This document shows positions 59,283 through 64,000 of a stretch of 64,000 bases of DNA, one piece after another. Source of the DNA: an uncultured Gammaproteobacteria bacterium. Lineage in GTDB: Bacteria; Patescibacteriota; Patescibacteriia; Magasanikbacterales; GWA2-37-8. Numbering within the stretch: position 1 is the stretch's first letter; every line of letters starts with the position of its first letter. Position numbers and translations under genes: made by a program. The notes under the pieces were generated by a model that ran no database searches, was not told the DNA's origin, and saw nothing but the letters and a program-made list of their open reading frames with translations. The DNA is taken from NCBI GenBank assembly GCA_964596525.1, contig CAZQUL010000001.1:524830-588829 (forward strand), in the 5' to 3' direction.

Positions 59283-59903
59283 ATGTCGACCGCTCATATT
59301 CTTTCTCATTTCGAACGCGTTGATCCGCTTTTGGCGGCTGCGTTCAAAACTATGCAGCGCGGAGTTCTAGTGCCCAATCTCGATCACACGACGTATTTTT
59401 CTCGTCTCACCCACGAAATCATCGGTCAGCAACTTTCGGGTAAGGCGGCCGATACTATTATTGGGCGATTTCTCAGTCTGTTTCCGAATCGGCTCGTAAC
59501 GCCGGAAGGCGTTCTGGCGCGGACCGAAGACGAACTCCGGGCGGTTGGCATGTCGTGGGCGAAAGTCCGGTACGTGCGTGATCTGGCGAGCAAAGTAGTA
59601 CAGAAAGAATTAATTTTTGATGATTTTTCAACCTTGTCGGATGTGCTCGTTATCGAACGGTTGCGGACTGTGAAAGGCATCGGCATGTGGACCGCGGAGA
59701 TGTTTTTACTTTTTACACTCGGGCGAGAAGATGTGTTTTCGTTCGGCGATTTGACGCTCAAGAAAGGTTTAGAGCGCATCTACGGCAAACATCGTACGGC
59801 GACCAAACGGCGGGTGGAGAATATAACGGAACGCTGGGCGCCCTACCGCAGTTATGGTAGTCTGGCGTTATGGCATGTTTTGGATTCAGAAAAATCTTCG
59901 TAA
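59283..59903 (+). CDS. alkA: DNA-3-methyladenine glycosylase II (AlkA/HhH-GPD)
   Basis: IIGQQLS.KAA, VKGIGMWTAEMFLLF.LGR.DVF..GD, WAPYRS. Confidence 0.9.
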   Translation: MSTAHILSHFERVDPLLAAAFKTMQRGVLVPNLDHTTYFSRLTHEIIGQQLSGKAADTIIGRFLSLFPNRLVTPEGVLARTEDELRAVGMSWAKVRYVRDLASKVVQKELIFDDFSTLSDVLVIERLRTVKGIGMWTAEMFLLFTLGREDVFSFGDLTLKKGLERIYGKHRTATKRRVENITERWAPYRSYGSLALWHVLDSEKSS

Positions 59904-59920
59904 CATGTAGTTTAAGTACT

Positions 59921-60544
59921 ATGGTAAAATTTTTTTTGGCATCAATCGCTGTAATATGTAGTGTGGGTGCCGGTTGCGCTCGTTCCCCGTCGGGAACGCT
60001 AGTTGTACCCTCAACACCCGCAAACGCTTTTACGTTTTCGTGGGCCGATGCGCGCGCCGAGGTTTCTTTTTCCAACGGCGTAACGGTGCGCCGCTGCGGC
60101 GAAGGTGATGCGCCGATTGTATGCGCGTTTACGGGCACCGATCCGCGCGGCCAGATGGAATTGAACACCTATGATACGTCCCATGATGAAACCGTGTTAA
60201 CGCTCGAGGAACGTATCGCCGATTATTATGCTAATATCGGCGCTGATCGGCGAACGTGCGGGGCCGGTTTTGCGGTAAATACTTCGACGCCGCGCAAAAT
60301 GACCGTCGCCGGTCGTGAAGGGCTTAAGGCTGAACTTACGGTGCGTGACAAAGCCGGGCGGATGGTGGAATACTACGCGCTTTATTTTGCTGAACGTGGC
60401 AAGCAGTTGAGTGTCTTTACTATTTCGGCCTACGAGACCGGTGGGTGCTTGAGTTCTGAGGTGCCTTATACCACCATTAAAAATTTTGAAACCTACGCCC
60501 GCGAACCATTTGAGCAGGTGGTAGGAAGAAGTAGTGTACCGTAA
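59921..60544 (+). CDS. Hypothetical lipoprotein
   Basis: MVKFFLASIAVICSVGAG-C lipobox. Confidence 0.75.
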   Translation: MVKFFLASIAVICSVGAGCARSPSGTLVVPSTPANAFTFSWADARAEVSFSNGVTVRRCGEGDAPIVCAFTGTDPRGQMELNTYDTSHDETVLTLEERIADYYANIGADRRTCGAGFAVNTSTPRKMTVAGREGLKAELTVRDKAGRMVEYYALYFAERGKQLSVFTISAYETGGCLSSEVPYTTIKNFETYAREPFEQVVGRSSVP

Positions 60545-60547
60545 CTT

Positions 60548-61258
60548 ATGTCCACGGCTATCAGTATTATTGAAGAACTTGAAAAAATAAAAGATCCAGT
60601 GCGAGCTCGTATCCTTGCGCGATTTTTTAAAACCGGTAAGGGTGAGTACGGCGAAGGCGATGAGTTTATAGGTTTAACCGTTCCTCAGGTTCGTGCTGTT
60701 GCGAAAAAGAATCGCAAGCTGCCGTTTAAAGAACTAATCAAACTCTTAAAATCATCTGAACATGAGGCTCGGTTGACCGCGCTCGTCATTATGGTAGAGC
60801 GTTTCAAAAAAGCGCCAGAGAATGAACGTAAAGAGCTCTGCGAAGCGTATCTCGCCCATACGCGATGGGTTAATAATTGGGATTTGGTCGATACGAGCGC
60901 CGAGCATATCGTGGGCGGGTTTTTGATGGATAAACCTAAGAAGATTTTAACTGAGCTTGCGCGATCGAAGAATGTATGGGAGCGCCGTATCGCGATCATG
61001 GCGACGTTTCATTTTATTAAACGCGGTGAATCGGAAGAAACCCTGCGTATCGCAAAGCTGCTGTTGAACGATCGGCACGACCTCATCCATAAAGCCGTTG
61101 GTTGGATGCTGCGTGAAGTGGGAAAGCGCTGTGCCCGTTCCGTCGAGGAAGAATTTTTGCGCACGTATTACAAAACCATGCCGCGCACCATGCTTCGCTA
61201 CGCGATTGAGCATTTTCCTGCAGCGCATCGCAAAGCTTATTTGCATGGGGTACTTTAA
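60548..61258 (+). CDS. DNA alkylation repair enzyme (AlkD family)
   Basis: FFKTGKGEYGEGD.F.G, NNWDLVD.SA, WERRIA, LIHKAVGWMLREVGK, MPRT.LRYAIE. Confidence 0.92.
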   Translation: MSTAISIIEELEKIKDPVRARILARFFKTGKGEYGEGDEFIGLTVPQVRAVAKKNRKLPFKELIKLLKSSEHEARLTALVIMVERFKKAPENERKELCEAYLAHTRWVNNWDLVDTSAEHIVGGFLMDKPKKILTELARSKNVWERRIAIMATFHFIKRGESEETLRIAKLLLNDRHDLIHKAVGWMLREVGKRCARSVEEEFLRTYYKTMPRTMLRYAIEHFPAAHRKAYLHGVL

Positions 61259-61271
61259 TTTTTATTTCTTT

Positions 61272-61964
61272 ATGAAAAAAGCGTTTTTGGTTCTTGTCTC
61301 CCTTTTTGTTTTAGGTGCTGGTTGTAGATCGTCAATGCATGAGAAGAAGGAAGTTACACCGACATCCACCGTACCGGTGGTTGAGCTTCCAACCGCGCCG
61401 GAGCGGATTATTGGGAATCTTGTAATGGGTACGACAACGCAGCGCTGGAAAGAATACCGCGACCCGAAATACGGTTTTACCATCAAGATTCCTACAACAA
61501 ACACTATAAAAGTCGCACCGCGCGTGAATGGCCAAGGTCTGCCGCTTGAGCTGCCCGAAGGGAACGTTGTTGAAGCGGAAGCGACGGTATCTGCTGGTAC
61601 GACGCAGCTTTTGTGGTTCGCTATTTTCCAGAAACCGCATGCGGATTTGGAAAATTACGTGAAAAGCGCGGTCGATGACAGTCGCAAACAGGAAGCGACG
61701 GCAACGCCCGGTACGTTATACCGCCGCATGTTTTTCAGCACCACAAGCATCAACGGTGCGCCGGCGTACCTGGTACAGTATCGCTATATCAACGGCCAGT
61801 CCTCGGCGCAACAGATCTATCTGCAAGACAAGAATCATGTCTATTTATTCGTATACCTTGACCGTGCCTGCACCGATAAAACCCAGCCGGCAGCGACATG
61901 CCCCACGTTTAACCAGGGAGACATGGCGGAGCGCATCCTCTCTACGTTCCGCATCAAGAAATGA
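61272..61964 (+). CDS. Hypothetical lipoprotein (PsbP-like)
   Basis: MKKAFLVLVSLFVLGAG-C; WKEY.D.KYGFTIKIP; ILSTFR. Confidence 0.78.
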   Translation: MKKAFLVLVSLFVLGAGCRSSMHEKKEVTPTSTVPVVELPTAPERIIGNLVMGTTTQRWKEYRDPKYGFTIKIPTTNTIKVAPRVNGQGLPLELPEGNVVEAEATVSAGTTQLLWFAIFQKPHADLENYVKSAVDDSRKQEATATPGTLYRRMFFSTTSINGAPAYLVQYRYINGQSSAQQIYLQDKNHVYLFVYLDRACTDKTQPAATCPTFNQGDMAERILSTFRIKK

Positions 61965-62828
61965 TTAATCGAATTTAAAGGCGAGATAGACGAAACTGTT
62001 GAGGCTGATGAGGGTGGCAATGATAATGAGGGCGGCGCAGATCTTGGGCGACGCTCCGAGATAATCCCGCACCTTTTTGGGTAACAGAGAAAAAATAAGG
62101 GTAAAGAATGCAATAAAGATAAGAAAGTTCAGACAGTGCCAGAGTGTCATCAGCACCCAGTCGCCAAATGCAGGTGTGGCGTAGCTGTAATAAAACGCGG
62201 TAAAAGGAAATCCGCCCTGGCCGTATGCTTGTCCGGGTAGAGCAATGGTTTGTCCGCTTTTAAATGAGCTTGCCAGGGTGAGCCAGGTGACGATAATCGC
62301 CGGGCAGATAATCAGCGCACTCAGACGTGTTGCAGGAATCTGCGGACTAAGGCGTGGCTGCACAATGCGCGTGATGAAGAAATGGGGGAAGAGCGCAGTC
62401 GCTGTCATGAGGTAGAAATAAGGGGAAACGATGGTCATTATAATTCCAACAATGGCTAGGAAGAATGGAAAAAGTACGATCTGCAGGATTTCGTCGAGAG
62501 TTTCGTTTTTCGATTTGTAGAAGTACAGCAAGAGAAATTGCACAATGCTGATGAGAACGCTTGCAATGATGATTTTAAGCAAGAACCGTTGGCGGCGTTC
62601 TTGTTTTGAACACTCAAAAAGTTCTTGGCCGATAAACCTTTCATCGCCAAAACAGTCTTTAACTTTAGCTAAAGCTTCTTGACTGTTTAATCCGTCGAGC
62701 GCGGCTTCGTGGGCAAGGGTTTCGATATGGGAACGCAGTTCCTGCTCGAGTTCGGTTTTTTTGCGGCCGCGATAACCGGAGCGCTCGACAATGGTTGCAA
62801 GGTATTTCTCGAGTTCGGGGGCGAGCAT
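61965..62828 (-). CDS. Membrane protein with N-terminal permease-prefix/HAAS domain (PadR partner)
   Basis: LEKYL...EL.QELRSHIE...A....FGD followed by TM helices; true start 62828 just after the padR stop. Confidence 0.8.
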   Translation of the reverse strand: MLAPELEKYLATIVERSGYRGRKKTELEQELRSHIETLAHEAALDGLNSQEALAKVKDCFGDERFIGQELFECSKQERRQRFLLKIIIASVLISIVQFLLLYFYKSKNETLDEILQIVLFPFFLAIVGIIMTIVSPYFYLMTATALFPHFFITRIVQPRLSPQIPATRLSALIICPAIIVTWLTLASSFKSGQTIALPGQAYGQGGFPFTAFYYSYATPAFGDWVLMTLWHCLNFLIFIAFFTLIFSLLPKKVRDYLGASPKICAALIIIATLISLNSFVYLAFKFD

Positions 62829-62829
62829 A

Positions 62830-63159
62830 TTAGACGGTGCCAAGGATAGCGTTGACCGCGGTCGTGAACCGCTGCCATTCGACTTTGGCTTTTTCCAAAT
62901 GCCCGGCGCCTTTGGCGGTGAGACGGTAATATTTGCGGTCCGGACCTTTGTCTTGCGCCACCCAACGACTTTTAAGAAATCCTTTAGCTTCGAGTTCGTG
63001 GAGCGCGGGGTACACCGTGCCTTCGCCGAGCGTGATGAGTTCTTTGCTTTTGAAGCGCAGCGCTTTGACGATTTCGTAGCCGTAGAGTTCTTGTTCGGAG
63101 AGGATGGCGAGAAGCAGTTGGCGCGTGGTGCCTTTGAGGAGTTCGGAGGAGAAATGCAT
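62830..63159 (-). CDS. PadR family transcriptional regulator
   Basis: LLKG...LL.IL....YGYEI, EGTVYPALHELE..G, RKYYRLT.KG. Confidence 0.95.
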   Translation of the reverse strand: MHFSSELLKGTTRQLLLAILSEQELYGYEIVKALRFKSKELITLGEGTVYPALHELEAKGFLKSRWVAQDKGPDRKYYRLTAKGAGHLEKAKVEWQRFTTAVNAILGTV

Positions 63160-63193
63160 AAAAAATGGTTTTTAAGAGTAGAGTGGGGGTATA

Positions 63194-63214
63194 ATACATC
63201 GGATTGAGAGGTAT
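63194..63214 (-). promoter_or_regulatory. Putative PadR operator overlapping the padR promoter
   Basis: ATACATC-N7-GAGGTAT dyad between TTTACA and TATTAT on the minus strand. Confidence 0.45.
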
Positions 63215-63323
63215 GTAAAGGAAAGTGAAAAAATTCTGTACAACGAATCTTGACCTTGTGGAGTTTATCTGGTAGTATCAGCTGTTCTTTATGTAAACAC
63301 GTGAGATGAGAAAGGAGTGCGAG

Positions 63324-64000
63324 ATGCCTGCACCCATCGCGACCGACAAGACTCTGATCGACGTTTGCCGTGTACTTTGCAAGGGAGGCTGGCGCCTCAT
63401 AGGCGGTAAAGAGGCAAGGAGTTTTTTTGCCGGCAGGAACCGGATGGGCCGTGAAAGCCTCTGCCTTCTGGTTACGAACGCCGAAGTCTTTAAGGATGAC
63501 GGTGTAATGAACATCTTTCTGGCATACGGTCATCGGACCGAGGAGGGCGGGCGTATCAGGCATGACGAAGGCGCTCCGCCGCTGCACATCGGTGTTCCGC
63601 AAGATTGGGAAGTCGAGGTGTTCACGCCGGAGCGGATCGTCGTTTCTTTCTGCTACCACATCCGCCAAGAGAAGAAGCGTTCGGAGCGCAGCGGCCCCAA
63701 CGACCGCTATCGGACCATCTCAAAGTTCGAAACCGCTCTTGAGTTTGAGTACGTTGGTGAAGATGTGGCTGCTGATCTGCGCCGTATGGAAGAGCTTAAG
63801 GCGCTCGTGCGCTCGGAGCATGCCGCGAACGTCGACCGTTGGCGCGCTGAAGCCGAGCTTGAACTGCGCCGTTCAGCCGGACTTGTCGTTGCGGAGATCC
63901 GTAAGCCCCACGCCAACATCATCGAGATCGTCGGGACAGATGGGCGGGTCATCACCATTTCCAGCACTCCCGGGGTGGGCAGCCTTCTCATCGGGCCGCC
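63324..64000 (+). CDS. Hypothetical protein, runs off the window end (missing from the ORF track)
   Basis: SD AAAGGAG, ATG 63324, MPAPIATDKTLIDVCRVL... open for 225 codons with no stop. Confidence 0.7.
   Translation, partial: MPAPIATDKTLIDVCRVLCKGGWRLIGGKEARSFFAGRNRMGRESLCLLVTNAEVFKDDGVMNIFLAYGHRTEEGGRIRHDEGAPPLHIGVPQDWEVEVFTPERIVVSFCYHIRQEKKRSERSGPNDRYRTISKFETALEFEYVGEDVAADLRRMEELKALVRSEHAANVDRWRAEAELELRRSAGLVVAEIRKPHANIIEIVGTDGRVITISSTPGVGSLLIGP

Noticed and set aside
62829-63668. N-terminal extension of the 567-aa ORF 61965-63668
   Set aside because: It overlaps padR in another frame and the plus-strand gene at 63324; the real start is 62828.
49094-64000. Genomic island or prophage integrated at tRNA-Ser
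   Set aside because: No integrase, phage genes or duplicated tRNA 3' end were seen in the window.
1-64000. CRISPR array, transposase, reverse transcriptase/DGR
   Set aside because: No regularly spaced direct repeats, cas, transposase or RT motifs were seen.

Overview
This window looks like chromosomal DNA of a Patescibacteria (CPR) bacterium using genetic code 11. That assignment is inferred from gene content: a giant Cys-rich surface protein, a PrgI/VirB4/VirB6-like cluster next to comF, xGAGC lipoproteins and SD-less core genes. Core genes are yidC (partial), rpsF-ssb-rpsR-rplA, a dsbA-like gene, uvrA, two GT4 glycosyltransferases with a priming sugar transferase, rnpB, rodA/ftsW, uvrB, prfB, rsmA, comF and tRNA-Ser(GCT). 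They are interspersed with about 20 stand-alone ORFan units, most with their own promoter, SD sequence and terminator. The most notable items are: (1) a five-gene cassette (response regulator, GAMT-like methyltransferase, pyruvoyl decarboxylase, GNAT, 7TM histidine kinase) that resembles a small-molecule synthesis-plus-sensing circuit; (2) palindromic repeat elements inserted in-frame in uvrB; (3) a sharp SD-positive versus SD-negative split between ORFans and core genes; (4) an outer-membrane beta-barrel-like protein in a presumed monoderm. All calls come from reading motifs by eye; no database search was run.
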